This document shows, piece after piece, positions 35,654 to 45,435 of a DNA stretch of 64,000 nt. A model generated the notes under the pieces. It was not told the origin of the DNA and ran no database searches. It worked only from the letters and a program-made list of their open reading frames with translations. Numbering within the stretch: position 1 is the first letter of the stretch; every line of letters begins with the position of its first letter. The stretch spans positions 11,110-75,109 of the forward strand of contig DASRQZ010000036.1 of the NCBI GenBank assembly GCA_035696125.1, read 5' to 3'. The stretch comes from Polyangia bacterium (GTDB lineage: Bacteria > Myxococcota_A > Polyangia > Fen-1088). Position numbers and translations under genes: made by a program.

Positions 35654-37498
35654 ATGGAGAAGCTTCGTAAACGCCAGTTCACTTTCTCGACCTGGTACCT
35701 GCTGCTGGCGTTCGCCATCTTCTGGGCGGTCAACGCCTACCTGGCCCACGAGAACGCCCCGCGCCGCGTCCCCTACAGCGAGCTCATGACCTTGATCGAG
35801 TCGGGCCGGGTCAAGGAGGCGAACGTGCGCGCCGACGAGATCGTCGCGCAGCTCAAAGGCGCCAAGCCCGGCGATCCGGACGAGGCGGTGGCGGCGACGC
35901 GCCTGCCCGGCATCGACGACAACGCGCTGCCAGAGAAGATGCGCGCCAGGGGCATCGTCGTGTCAGGCAAGATCGAGAAGACGTCCTGGATCAACACCGT
36001 GCTGGTCGGCTGGCTGTTGCCTTTCATGCTGCTGTTCGGCCTGTGGAGCTTTGCGATGCGGCGCATGGGCAAGGGCGCCGGGCCGCTCAACGTCGGCAAG
36101 GCCAACGCGAAGATCTACGATCTCAACGAGAAGGAGCGCGTCACCTTCGAAGACGTCGCCGGCGTCGACGAGGCCGAGGCCGAGCTGGTCGAGATCGTGG
36201 GCTACCTGAAAGAGCCGGCGAAGTACCAGGCCATCGGCGCGCGCGCGCCGCGCGGCGTCCTGCTGGTCGGCCCGCCCGGGACCGGCAAGACCCTGCTGGC
36301 GCGCGCGGTCGCCGGCGAGGCGGGCGTGCCCTTCTTCTCGATGTCGGGCTCGGAGTTCGTGCAGATGTTCGTGGGCGTGGGCGCCGCGCGCGTGCGCGAC
36401 CTGTTCGAGGAGGCCAAGCGGCGCGCGCCCTGCATCGTCTTCATCGACGAGCTGGACGCCATCGGCCGGTCACGCGCCGGCGTCGCGGGCGGCTTTGGCG
36501 TGCATGAAGAGCGCGAGCAGACGCTGAACCAGCTGCTGGTCGAGATGGACGGCTTCGATTCATCCAAGGGTGTGGTGATCCTGGCGGCCACCAACCGGCC
36601 CGAGGTGCTGGATCAAGCGCTGCTGCGCGCCGGGCGCTTCGACCGTCAGGTCCTTGTGGACCGTCCCGACGTGCGTGGGAGGGAGGCGATCCTGGCCGTG
36701 CACGTACGCAAGGTGCAGCTCGGCCCCGACGCCGATCTGCACGTGGTCGCGCAGCGCACGCCGGGCATGGCGGGCGCCGACCTGGCCAACGTGGTCAACG
36801 AAGCGGCGCTGGCGGCGGCACGCGCCGGCCGCACGCGCATCGAGCTGCGCGACTTCGAGGAGGCGGTCGACCGCATCCAGCTCGGGCTCAAGAAGCAGGG
36901 GCGGGTCATGACCAGGGAGGAGCGTCGCCGCGTCGCCTACCACGAGTCGGGCCACGCGCTGGTGGCGCTGTCGGTCGAGCACGCCGACCCCGTGCACCGG
37001 GTCACCATCATCCCGCGCTCGATCGGCGCGCTGGGCGCGACGCTGCAGTTACCGGCCGAGGAGCGTTATTTGATGACGCGCGGCGAGCTGCGCGACCGCA
37101 TCTGCGTGATGATGGGCGGCCGCGCCGCCGAGGAGATCGCCTGCCAGGACATCTCGACCGGCGCGCAGAACGACCTCGAGCGCGCCAGCGAGACCGCGCG
37201 CCAGATGGTGTCGCGCTTCGGCATGAGCGAGAAGCTCGGCCCGCTGACCTACGGCCCACCGTCGTCGTCCCGCCACCTCGAGGGGGCGGTCGTGTTCCCC
37301 GACGCGCGCAACTTCAGCGAGGAGACGGCGCGCTCCATCGACGAGGAGGTGCGCGGCATCGTCGAGGCGGAGCGCGCGCGCGCGCGACGCATCCTGGAGA
37401 GCCGGCGCGAGGTGCTGGAGACCATCGCTCAGCGCCTGCTGGTCGACGAGACCATCGAGCGGGCGACGCTGGAGGAGCTGACCCGCAAGGCCGCGTAG
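35654..37498 (+). CDS. ftsH: ATP-dependent zinc metalloprotease FtsH
   Basis: Two N-terminal TM helices are present. The AAA motifs are [23 protein letters not shown] and IVFIDELDA, with the SRH region. The Zn site is HESGHAL. Confidence 0.97.
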   Translation: MEKLRKRQFTFSTWYLLLAFAIFWAVNAYLAHENAPRRVPYSELMTLIESGRVKEANVRADEIVAQLKGAKPGDPDEAVAATRLPGIDDNALPEKMRARGIVVSGKIEKTSWINTVLVGWLLPFMLLFGLWSFAMRRMGKGAGPLNVGKANAKIYDLNEKERVTFEDVAGVDEAEAELVEIVGYLKEPAKYQAIGARAPRGVLLVGPPGTGKTLLARAVAGEAGVPFFSMSGSEFVQMFVGVGAARVRDLFEEAKRRAPCIVFIDELDAIGRSRAGVAGGFGVHEEREQTLNQLLVEMDGFDSSKGVVILAATNRPEVLDQALLRAGRFDRQVLVDRPDVRGREAILAVHVRKVQLGPDADLHVVAQRTPGMAGADLANVVNEAALAAARAGRTRIELRDFEEAVDRIQLGLKKQGRVMTREERRRVAYHESGHALVALSVEHADPVHRVTIIPRSIGALGATLQLPAEERYLMTRGELRDRICVMMGGRAAEEIACQDISTGAQNDLERASETARQMVSRFGMSEKLGPLTYGPPSSSRHLEGAVVFPDARNFSEETARSIDEEVRGIVEAERARARRILESRREVLETIAQRLLVDETIERATLEELTRKAA

Positions 37499-37513
37499 AC
37501 CCAAGGCGGTCTG

Positions 37514-37576
37514 GTTAACGCCAAGACGCCAAGACGGGATCCGGATCATGGCGTCCTTGGCATCTTGGCGTTTGAC
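37514..37576. repeat. Hairpin element E9, GCCAAGAC type
   Basis: gttaacgccaagacgccaagacgggatcc faces ggatcatggcgtccttggcatcttggcgtttgac. It lies 16 nt after the ftsH stop, and the apex contains gatccgga. Confidence 0.8.
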
Positions 37577-37664
37577 TTTGTCTGGCACTGGCACCCTCCC
37601 AGGTTGACAGCGCGCCCCGCTGCCTCTAGTAAAGCGGCAAGCGCACGCGCGGTGAACGGAGGTC

Positions 37665-39380
37665 ATGGAACGTTTCGGGCTCAAGCAGGTCGCTGGCGGA
37701 CAGTTTCGGATCGAGTGTCCTTATCGAGGGCTGGTCTTGCTGCGCCACGCGATGTACTCGAAGGGATCGGCGTTCTCCCGGCAGGAGCGCGCGACGTTCG
37801 GAATGGAGGGGCTGCTGCCCGCCCACGTCACCACGCTGGACCAGCAAGCGCGCCGCGCCTACCGCGCCATCCAGCGCAAGACCGACGCGCTGGAGAAGTA
37901 CATCGGCCTCGCGGCACTGCAAGACCGCAACGAGTACCTCTTTCATCGTGTGCTGCTCGACCACCTGGACGAGCTGCTGCCCGTGGTGTACACGCCCACG
38001 GTCGGGCGCGCCTGCCAGGAGTTCAGCCACATCTTCCGGCGCGCGCGCGGCCTGTGGATCACGCCCGAGCATCGCGGGCGCGTCCACGACGTGCTGGGCG
38101 GCGCGCCCTTCGAAGACGTGCGCCTGATCGTGGTCACCGACAACGAGCGCATCCTGGGCCTGGGTGACCAGGGCGCTGGCGGCATGAGCATCCCGGTCGG
38201 CAAGCTCGCGCTCTACACCACGGCGGCCGGCATCCCCCCCTGGCAAACGCTGCCGATCAGTCTGGACGTCGGCACCGACAACCGCCAGCTGCTCGACGAC
38301 GAGCTCTACCTCGGCTATCGCGCGCCGCGGCTGCGCGGCTCGGAGTACGCGTCGCTGGTTGATGAGCTGGTGCAAGCGATCAAGCGCCGCTTTCCGCGCG
38401 CCCTGCTGCAGTGGGAGGACTTCAAGAAGAGCAACGCCTTCCGGCTGCTGGACCGCTACCGCCACCAGCTGCCCTCGTTCAACGACGACATCCAGGGCAC
38501 CGCGGCCGTCGCGGTGGCGGGGATCATGGCGGGCACGCGGGTCAGCGGCGTGCCGTTGACCGAGCAGCGCGTGGTGCTGCTGGGCGCGGGCGCCGCCGGC
38601 ATCGGCATCGCGCGCCTGCTACGCCGCACGCTGGCGCGCGCCGGCCTCGCGGGTGATTCGCTGCTGCAGGCGATCGCCTGCTTTGACAGCAAGGGGCTGC
38701 TGGTCGACGACGAGCCGATCACCGACGATCACAAGCGTGACTTCACCTGGCCGGCGGGGCTGGCGGCCCGCCTGGGCCTGGGCGCGGGGCGGCCGCGCGA
38801 CCTTTTGACCGTGGTGCGCGCGCTCAAGCCGACGGTGCTGCTGGGAACCACCGGCGAGCCCGGCGCCTTCAGCGAAGAGGTGGTGCGCGAGATGGCGCGG
38901 CACGCGCGCCGGCCGCTGGTGCTGCCGATGTCGAACCCGACCAGCAGCTCGGAGGCGCGGCCCTCCGACGTCATCGCCTGGAGCGAGGGACGCGCGCTGG
39001 TGGCGACCGGCAGCCCCTTTGATCCGGTCGAGTTCGACGGACGGCGCATCGCGATCGGCCAGGGCAACAACGTCTTCGTCTTTCCCGGCGTCGGTCTGGG
39101 CGCGATCGTCGCCGAGGCGAGCGAGGTCACCGACGAGATGTTCGTGGCCGCCGCCGATCGCCTGGCGGCCGAGGTCAGCGCCGACGACCTGGCCAGCGGC
39201 AGCATCTTCCCCTCGGTGTCGCGCATCCGCGGCGTCACGGCGCGCATCGCCGAGGGGGTCGTGCGCGAGGCGCGGGAGGCCGGCGTCGCGCGGCGCCCGC
39301 TCAGCGACGCGGACATCCCGGGCGCGATCGCCGCGGCGATGTGGGAGCCGGTCTACCTGCCGATGGACCCGGCGCCCTGA
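37665..39380 (+). CDS. maeA: NAD(P)-dependent malic enzyme
   Basis: GGAGG RBS. The canonical blocks are present: VYTPTVG, VVTDNERILGLGDQGAGGMSIPVGKLALYT, FNDDIQGTAAV, LLGAGAAGIGIA, SNPTS and GQGNNVFVFPGVGLG. Confidence 0.95.
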   Translation: MERFGLKQVAGGQFRIECPYRGLVLLRHAMYSKGSAFSRQERATFGMEGLLPAHVTTLDQQARRAYRAIQRKTDALEKYIGLAALQDRNEYLFHRVLLDHLDELLPVVYTPTVGRACQEFSHIFRRARGLWITPEHRGRVHDVLGGAPFEDVRLIVVTDNERILGLGDQGAGGMSIPVGKLALYTTAAGIPPWQTLPISLDVGTDNRQLLDDELYLGYRAPRLRGSEYASLVDELVQAIKRRFPRALLQWEDFKKSNAFRLLDRYRHQLPSFNDDIQGTAAVAVAGIMAGTRVSGVPLTEQRVVLLGAGAAGIGIARLLRRTLARAGLAGDSLLQAIACFDSKGLLVDDEPITDDHKRDFTWPAGLAARLGLGAGRPRDLLTVVRALKPTVLLGTTGEPGAFSEEVVREMARHARRPLVLPMSNPTSSSEARPSDVIAWSEGRALVATGSPFDPVEFDGRRIAIGQGNNVFVFPGVGLGAIVAEASEVTDEMFVAAADRLAAEVSADDLASGSIFPSVSRIRGVTARIAEGVVREAREAGVARRPLSDADIPGAIAAAMWEPVYLPMDPAP

Positions 39381-39564
39381 CCCGGGGCGCGCGGCGTGCG
39401 CCGGGGCTCTGCCCGGACCGGGTGCGAGCGGGTAGGAAATCAGCAGCTCACGAACCGTCGCACTTGCCCGAGACGCAACCACGGGGTCACGGGGCTGTTT
39501 CCTCACGGCAGTTGCGCGCAACCGCAGGCGGAGGGCGGCCTCGCAGGCGCGCTCGTCCGCGCCG

Positions 39565-40902
39565 CTACGGCAGCGTGATTCGCCCGGGGGCTCCGTTGGT
39601 GCCGTTCTGGGTGTGGCAGCTGTTGCAGGCGCCGTTGGTCTGGGCGACGGGCATGATGCGTTCCCGGCCCTGGTAGGTCACCTTGGCGCGATAAGGAGGG
39701 GTGATCCCCGTCGAGCTCGTGAAGTTGCCGGCGGCGTTGGGGGTCAGGGTGATGGTGCGGTTGGCGGCGTCGACGATCACCACGCGCGCGCCGGTCGAGC
39801 CGTTCACGCCGTTGCACAGGTTGGGCTCGTGCCCGGTGGGATAAAGCGTGCCCGCGATCGTGAAGCGAGGCGCGTCCTCCTCGCCGGCGTGGCAGCCGAT
39901 GCAGTCCCGTCCCGGGTTCATCGACGAGCTGCCGTTGTTGCCGCCGGTCCACATCGTGCCGCTGGTGCAGCGGGCGGTCGCGTTCAGCGGGTCGGCGGTG
40001 CCGCCGCCTCCGCCCGTGCCACAGGTCGTGGTGCCGGCGGGATAACCGGCCAGGATCCAGTTGTTGACCGTGGTGATCTCGGCCGTGGTCGCGCGCGTCC
40101 CCGGCGCCGGCGGCATCGGGTTGGTCGTGCTCTGCATACGCACCACCGTGCGCTGCGCGAACGTCTGCGCCGCATCGACAATCGACTTTGCCATGAGGTT
40201 CGCGCGCGTCACCAGCGGCATGGGCGCGCCGTTGACCGGCATCGCCGCGTGGCAGGTGGTGCACTTCGACTGATACACCGACTGCACGTCGCAAGGAACA
40301 CTGCCGGTGGTGCTCACGCCGCCCGCGCCACCGGTGCCGGTGCCGGTGCGGCCGCCCACGCCCGAGGCGCCGCCCACGCCGCCTGCCGTCGCGCAGGTGG
40401 TCGCCGGATAGCCAGCGCCGATCCAGTTGTTGAGGCCCTGGATCTCGGCCGCGCTGGCGCGGGCCGCGGGCGCCGGCGGCATCTGACCCGCGGTCAGCTG
40501 GACGCGGGCCAGCGCGCGCTGGGCGAAGGTCTGTCCTGGATAGGCGGCGGACAGCGCCGTGAGATTTGCGCGCGTCACCAGCGGCATGGGCGCGCCGTTC
40601 AACGGCGTGGCGGCGTGGCAGCCCTGGCAGCGGCCCTGCACCAGTCCCTGCACGTCACACGGCAGACCGCTCGAGGGAAGCGTGACCGACCCTCCGCCGC
40701 CACCCGTGCCGCCGGTTCCGCGGCCGCCCGTGCCCGTCCCCGAGGAGCCGCCGCTTGAGCTGCCGAAGCTGCCGCCGTTCCCGACCGGGTCGGGACCACC
40801 ACCCGCGTCAAAACCGTCGACCTCGCCGAGGATCCCGGTACAACCGGTGAAAAGGAAAGACCAAAGCAATGCCCGGGGATGGAGGCGAGACGCAACCTTC
40901 AT
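39565..40902 (-). CDS. Lipoprotein with four CxxCH haem-binding motifs (two tandem planctomycete-type cytochrome c modules plus a C-terminal domain)
   Basis: ATG 40902 and the lipobox LFTGC, with Gly-rich tethers. The motifs are CQGCH, CTTCH, CIGCH and CNSCH. Two ~85-aa modules share NGAPMPLVTRANL...QTFAQR...MPPAP...AEI..(L/V)NNWI.AGYP. Confidence 0.8.
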   Translation of the reverse strand: MKVASRLHPRALLWSFLFTGCTGILGEVDGFDAGGGPDPVGNGGSFGSSSGGSSGTGTGGRGTGGTGGGGGSVTLPSSGLPCDVQGLVQGRCQGCHAATPLNGAPMPLVTRANLTALSAAYPGQTFAQRALARVQLTAGQMPPAPAARASAAEIQGLNNWIGAGYPATTCATAGGVGGASGVGGRTGTGTGGAGGVSTTGSVPCDVQSVYQSKCTTCHAAMPVNGAPMPLVTRANLMAKSIVDAAQTFAQRTVVRMQSTTNPMPPAPGTRATTAEITTVNNWILAGYPAGTTTCGTGGGGGTADPLNATARCTSGTMWTGGNNGSSSMNPGRDCIGCHAGEEDAPRFTIAGTLYPTGHEPNLCNGVNGSTGARVVIVDAANRTITLTPNAAGNFTSSTGITPPYRAKVTYQGRERIMPVAQTNGACNSCHTQNGTNGAPGRITLP

Positions 40903-41077
40903 GTATGTGGGGAGTACCCGCGCGTATCCCGGAGCAGGCAGGACAATCACTCTCTTCTCGCGAGCCGGGCGGCGCAGCCCTTCTCCCAACGCTGCGCGTG
41001 ACACCGACGCTCAGGGACGCCGGCATGCTGACGCGGGCCAACACGATCACGTCACGATCACGTCGTCTGCCGCGGCC

Positions 41078-41764
41078 TCACACGACCAGATGCTGTCGGA
41101 CCAGATCGTCGTCGAGCTCGGAGATGGCGCCGGTCGCCACCGTGCGCCCGCGGTCCATCATGCAGAAGGTGCGGGCCACCCGGCGTGCGAAGGGCAGCTT
41201 CTGCTCGACCAGCAAGACCGCGATCCCCTCGCCGTTGAGCCGGGTGATCACGTCGCCGATCTCATGCACGATGTTGGGCTGGATCCCCTCGCACGGCTCG
41301 TCGAGGATGATCAGCTTGGGGTCGCTGGCCAGCGCGCGCCCGATGGCCAGCTGCTGCTGCTGGCCGCCGGAGAGGTCGCCGCCGCGCCGGCCCAGCATCT
41401 TCTTCAGCACCGGAAACAGCGCGAAAATTTTCTCGGGCAGGCCGCGCGCTCCCCCGGCCGCCAGGCCCACGCGCAGGTTCTCCTCGACGGTGAGGTCGGC
41501 GAAGATCTCGCGCCCCTGCGGCACGTAGCCGATGCCGAGGCGCGCGCGCCGCTCCGGCTTCCACCCCGCCATCTCCTGCCCGCCGAACTTGATGCTGCCC
41601 GACCGGCTAGGCAAAAGGCCCATGATCACCTTGAGCAGGGTGGTCTTGCCGACGCCGTTGCGCCCCATGAGGCAGACGCAGCCGGCGTCGGGCACCGAGA
41701 GCTCGGCGTCCCACAGGGTGTGGCTGCCACCGTAGAACTGATTGACCTGCGCGATCTCCAGCAC
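41078..41764 (-). CDS. urtE: Urea ABC transporter ATP-binding subunit UrtE
   Basis: The N-terminus MLEIAQVNQFYGGSHTLWD and the Walker A GRNGVGKTT are present, with LSGGQQQQLAIGRAL and ILDEP. Its position is last in the urt operon. Confidence 0.92.
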   Translation of the reverse strand: MLEIAQVNQFYGGSHTLWDAELSVPDAGCVCLMGRNGVGKTTLLKVIMGLLPSRSGSIKFGGQEMAGWKPERRARLGIGYVPQGREIFADLTVEENLRVGLAAGGARGLPEKIFALFPVLKKMLGRRGGDLSGGQQQQLAIGRALASDPKLIILDEPCEGIQPNIVHEIGDVITRLNGEGIAVLLVEQKLPFARRVARTFCMMDRGRTVATGAISELDDDLVRQHLVV

Positions 41765-41792
41765 GTCGTCAGCTGTCCTTCCTGCTTGCTGC

Positions 41793-42581
41793 TCAGGCCC
41801 CCAGGTAGACTTCTCGTACCCGCGGGTGCGCCTGGACCTCGTCCATCGACCCCTCGAACAGCACGGCGCCCTCGTGCAGCACCGTCACCTGGCGCGCGAT
41901 GCTGCGCACGAACCCCATGTCGTGCTCGACCACCACCACCGTGTGCTGCCCCGCCAACCCGCGCAGCAACTCCGCGGTGTGCTCCATCTCGGGCTGGGTC
42001 ATGCCCGCCACCGGCTCGTCGATCAACAAGACCTGAGGCTCCTGCGCCAGCAGCATCCCGATCTCCAGCCACTGCTTTTGCCCGTGCGCCAGCAGGCCCG
42101 CCGGCCGGTGCCGGTGCTCGCCGAGGCCGACGATCTCCAGGACCTCGTCGATGCGCGCGCGCTGGGCGCCGGACATGCGGGTGAACAAGTTGCGCCAGAC
42201 CCCCTTGGGGGCGCGCAACGCCAGCTCGCAGTTCTCGAACACCGTGTGCCCCTGAAAGACCGTGGGCCGCTGGAACTTGCGACCCACGCCCATCTGGGCA
42301 ATCTGGCACTCGGCCAGCGTGGTCAGATCATTGAGGCGGCTGCCCAGGTAGACGTTGCCGACCGTGGGCCGGGTCTTGCCGGTGATCACGTCCATCAGCG
42401 TGGTCTTGCCGGCCCCGTTGGGCCCGATGATGCAGCGAAGCTCGCCACGGTCCAGCATGAGGGTGATGTCGTTCAACGCCTTGAACCCGTCGAAGCTGAC
42501 GGTGACATTCTCGACCCACAACGCCAGATCGCGCGGGCCGGGCACCGCCGTGGCTTCCGCTGCGTCGTTCTCCATCACCAT
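41793..42581 (-). CDS. urtD: Urea ABC transporter ATP-binding subunit UrtD
   Basis: It carries VSFDGFKALNDITL, GELRCIIGPNGAGKTTLMDVITGKTRP and LLIDEPVAGM. The start MVMEND at 42581 is in frame with ORF 41793..43130. Confidence 0.92.
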   Translation of the reverse strand: MVMENDAAEATAVPGPRDLALWVENVTVSFDGFKALNDITLMLDRGELRCIIGPNGAGKTTLMDVITGKTRPTVGNVYLGSRLNDLTTLAECQIAQMGVGRKFQRPTVFQGHTVFENCELALRAPKGVWRNLFTRMSGAQRARIDEVLEIVGLGEHRHRPAGLLAHGQKQWLEIGMLLAQEPQVLLIDEPVAGMTQPEMEHTAELLRGLAGQHTVVVVEHDMGFVRSIARQVTVLHEGAVLFEGSMDEVQAHPRVREVYLGA

Positions 42582-42586
42582 CGCCG

Positions 42587-43804
42587 TCACGGGTGGGCCA
42601 CGGGCACCGTCGAAGGATCCCCCTCCCCGCGCGCCGTCGTCGATCGCAGCGACGGAGCGGTCGACGGAGGAGGCGACGCCGACGCCGACGCTGACGCCGC
42701 GCGCCGGTGCCTGCCTGCGCCGCTCACCAGGCGCGCCAGCCCCACCAGCCCGCGCGGCAAGAACAGCGTCACGATCACGAACAGCGCGCCCAGCACATAC
42801 AGCCAGGCCGACGGGATGGCCGCCGTGAGCCAGCTCTTGGCGCCGTTGATGAACCAGGCGCCGACCAGCGCGCCGACCAGCGTGCCGCGCCCGCCGACCG
42901 CGACCCAGATCGCCATCTCGATCGAATTGGACGGCTGCATCTCGCTGGGATTGATGATGCCGACCTGCGGGACGTAGAGCGCGCCCGCCAGCGCGCACAT
43001 CACCGCTGACAGCGTCCAGACGAATGCCTTGTAGTTGATCGACTCGAATCCACAGAAGCGGGTCTTGAGCTCGGCGTCGCGGATCGCGGCCAGCACCCGC
43101 CCGAGCTTGCTGGTCACCACGAACCGGCACGCCAGGTACACACCGAGCAGCGCGATCGCCGACACCACGTAAAGGGCCAGCTTGGTCGACGGCGCCTGCA
43201 GCGGGTATCCGATGATGCGCTTGAAGTCGGTCAGGCCGTTGTTACCGCCGAACCCGGTGGCGTTCTGGAAGAACAGCAGCATCGCCGCGTACGTCAACGC
43301 CTGGGTCACGATCGACAGGTAGACGCCCTTGATGCGCGAGCGAAACGCGAAGTAACCGAAGACAAACGCCAGGAACCCCGGCGCGGCCAGCGCCATGAAC
43401 ACGGCGAACGGAAAGCTCTGGAAGCCGTGCCAGTACCAGGGCAGCTCTTTCCAGTCGAGGAACACCATGAAGTCGGGCAGCGAGCTCCGGTACACACCCT
43501 CGCCCGCGATCGAGCGCATGAGATACATGCCCATCCCGTAGCCGCCCATGGCGAAGAACAGCGCGTGGCCCAGGCTGAGGATACCGGCGTAGCCCCACAC
43601 CAGGTCCATGGCCAGCGCCGCGATGCCAAAGCAGATGAACTTGCCGAACAGCGGCACCAGGTAGTCGGGAAAGTGCAGCGCCGACGACTCCGGCAACACG
43701 TTGAGCGCCGGGATCAGCACCCCGCCAGCCAGAAAAGCCACCGCGACCGCCAGCCAGGCGCGCCGCGAGTGAATCTGACCCAGCCGTTCTCGCAGCGCGC
43801 TCAC
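42587..43804 (-). CDS. urtC: Urea ABC transporter permease UrtC
   Basis: GTG 43804 overlaps the urtB stop as GTGA. The body is a LivM-type permease (LVWGYAGILSLGHALFFAMGGYG). An Ala/Ser-rich C-terminal tail is present. Confidence 0.9.
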   Translation of the reverse strand: MSALRERLGQIHSRRAWLAVAVAFLAGGVLIPALNVLPESSALHFPDYLVPLFGKFICFGIAALAMDLVWGYAGILSLGHALFFAMGGYGMGMYLMRSIAGEGVYRSSLPDFMVFLDWKELPWYWHGFQSFPFAVFMALAAPGFLAFVFGYFAFRSRIKGVYLSIVTQALTYAAMLLFFQNATGFGGNNGLTDFKRIIGYPLQAPSTKLALYVVSAIALLGVYLACRFVVTSKLGRVLAAIRDAELKTRFCGFESINYKAFVWTLSAVMCALAGALYVPQVGIINPSEMQPSNSIEMAIWVAVGGRGTLVGALVGAWFINGAKSWLTAAIPSAWLYVLGALFVIVTLFLPRGLVGLARLVSGAGRHRRAASASASASPPPSTAPSLRSTTARGEGDPSTVPVAHP

Positions 43805-45435
43805 GCCTCCACCCGCCCCTTGATCGCGAACAGCCCCTGCGGGCGTCGCTGGATGAAGATGATGATGATCCCCAGCACCGCGATCTTGCCCAGCACCGCG
43901 CCCGCGACCGGTTCGAGGATCTTGTTGACCACGCCCAGCCCCAGCGCCGCCGCCACCGCGCCCGCCAGCCGCCCGACGCCGCCCAGCACGACGACCATGA
44001 ACGAGTCGATGATGTAGCCCTGGCCCAGCTCCGGGCCGACGTTGCCCAGCTGGGAGAGCGCAACTCCACCCAGCCCCGCAATCCCCGAACCGAGCCCGAA
44101 CATCCAGGCGTCGATGCGCGCGGTGGGGATCCCGCAGCAGGCCGCCATGCCGCGGTTCTGGGTCACGGCGCGTACATACAGGCCCAGGCGCGTGCGCTGC
44201 AGCAGGAACCAGACGCTGGCCGCTACCAGCACCACGAACACCACCACCCCGATGCGGTTGTAGGGCAGCACCAGCCCCTGCGCCAGCAGGACGCCGCCCG
44301 CCAGCCAGTCCGGGTTGGCGACCGCGACGTTCTGCGCGCCGAAGATCAGGCGAACGGTCTGGATCAGGATCAGGCTGATGCCCCAGGTGGCCAGCAGGGT
44401 CTCGAGCGGGCGCCCGTACAGGTGGCGGATGACGGTGCGCTCCAGCAGCACGCCGACCAGGAAGGTGACCGCGAAGGCGACCGGGATCGCCACCAGCGGG
44501 TAAAGCCACAACGCCCCCGGAGCCACGCTCTGGAACACGGTCTGCACACTGTACGTGGCGTAGGCGCCCAGCATCAACATCTCGCCGTGCGCCATGTTGA
44601 TCACACCCAGCAGGCCGAAGGTCACGGCCAGTCCCAGCGCCGCGAACAGGAGGACGCTGGCCAGGCTGATCCCGTAGATCAAGCTACCCGCGGCGCTGAT
44701 CAGCCGCTGCTTCGACACCACCGCGTCGACCGCGTGGGAGGCCGCCGCGCGCACCCGCGGGTCCGGCTCGGCGAAGCTGCCGTCGCTGTTGCGGCCCGTC
44801 AGGCGCTGCAGCTCGGACAGGAAGGTGTCGCTGCTGGTCTTGTTGATGAGCTCGATGGCCGCCAGCCGGTCGTCGGCGTTGGCGCTCTGCAGATCCGCGT
44901 GCGCCACGGCCAGCGCCAGCGCCTTGCGCACCGACTCGACCTGCTCCTTGCGCAGGGCCTGGCGCAGCAGCGCCGTCGCCTCGGGGGAGCCGCGCTTGGC
45001 CAGCTCCTCGGCCGCCGCCAAACGCAGCGCCTGGTCGGGTGAGCCGAGCTGCAGCTGCGCCACCACCGGCAGCGCCAGCCGCCGGATCGAGTTGCTCGAC
45101 TCGACCTCGTGCAGTCCCGCGGGCCGCGGGTGCAGCGGCTGCAGGGTCAGCGGGTCGCACACCTCGCGCTGCTTGCTATCGTAGACATACACTTGCCCGT
45201 CGGCGCCCGCGCGCAGGCGGTCGTCGGTCAGCGCCTCCAGCGCCGGCACCGCGCGCGCGTCACCCAGCACGGCCAGCTTGTGGATGCTCTCCTCGACGCG
45301 CTCCTCGGCCGGCGCCGCCAGCCCGCGCAGGGCATCCTCGAGCTCGCCGCCCCGCGCGACGGCGGCGCCGAGGACGGTCGTCACGACGACCGCCCCCAGC
45401 GCCCACTTCTTCTGATTGAACCGCCCGGTCTTCAC
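43801..45435 (-). CDS. urtB: Urea ABC transporter permease UrtB with ~240-aa N-terminal HEAT-like extension
   Basis: GTG 45435 overlaps the urtA stop as GTGA. The N-terminal repeats include GDARAVPALEAL. The LivH-type core is GVINMAHGEMLMLGAY. Confidence 0.9.
   Translation of the reverse strand: MKTGRFNQKKWALGAVVVTTVLGAAVARGGELEDALRGLAAPAEERVEESIHKLAVLGDARAVPALEALTDDRLRAGADGQVYVYDSKQREVCDPLTLQPLHPRPAGLHEVESSNSIRRLALPVVAQLQLGSPDQALRLAAAEELAKRGSPEATALLRQALRKEQVESVRKALALAVAHADLQSANADDRLAAIELINKTSSDTFLSELQRLTGRNSDGSFAEPDPRVRAAASHAVDAVVSKQRLISAAGSLIYGISLASVLLFAALGLAVTFGLLGVINMAHGEMLMLGAYATYSVQTVFQSVAPGALWLYPLVAIPVAFAVTFLVGVLLERTVIRHLYGRPLETLLATWGISLILIQTVRLIFGAQNVAVANPDWLAGGVLLAQGLVLPYNRIGVVVFVVLVAASVWFLLQRTRLGLYVRAVTQNRGMAACCGIPTARIDAWMFGLGSGIAGLGGVALSQLGNVGPELGQGYIIDSFMVVVLGGVGRLAGAVAAALGLGVVNKILEPVAGAVLGKIAVLGIIIIFIQRRPQGLFAIKGRVEA

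Noticed and set aside
31711-35670. A 1319-aa ORF overlapping the TamB-like gene in another frame.
   Set aside because: The product is dominated by Arg/Ala/Gly/Pro runs with no domain-like segments. This is typical of open alternative frames in high-GC DNA. The 31772..35551 frame has a TM anchor and TamB-like features.
41048-41070. An 11-nt direct duplicate (acgatcacgtc x2) lies just downstream of urtE.
   Set aside because: There are only two copies, with no complementary partner or recognisable motif. This is not distinguishable from chance.
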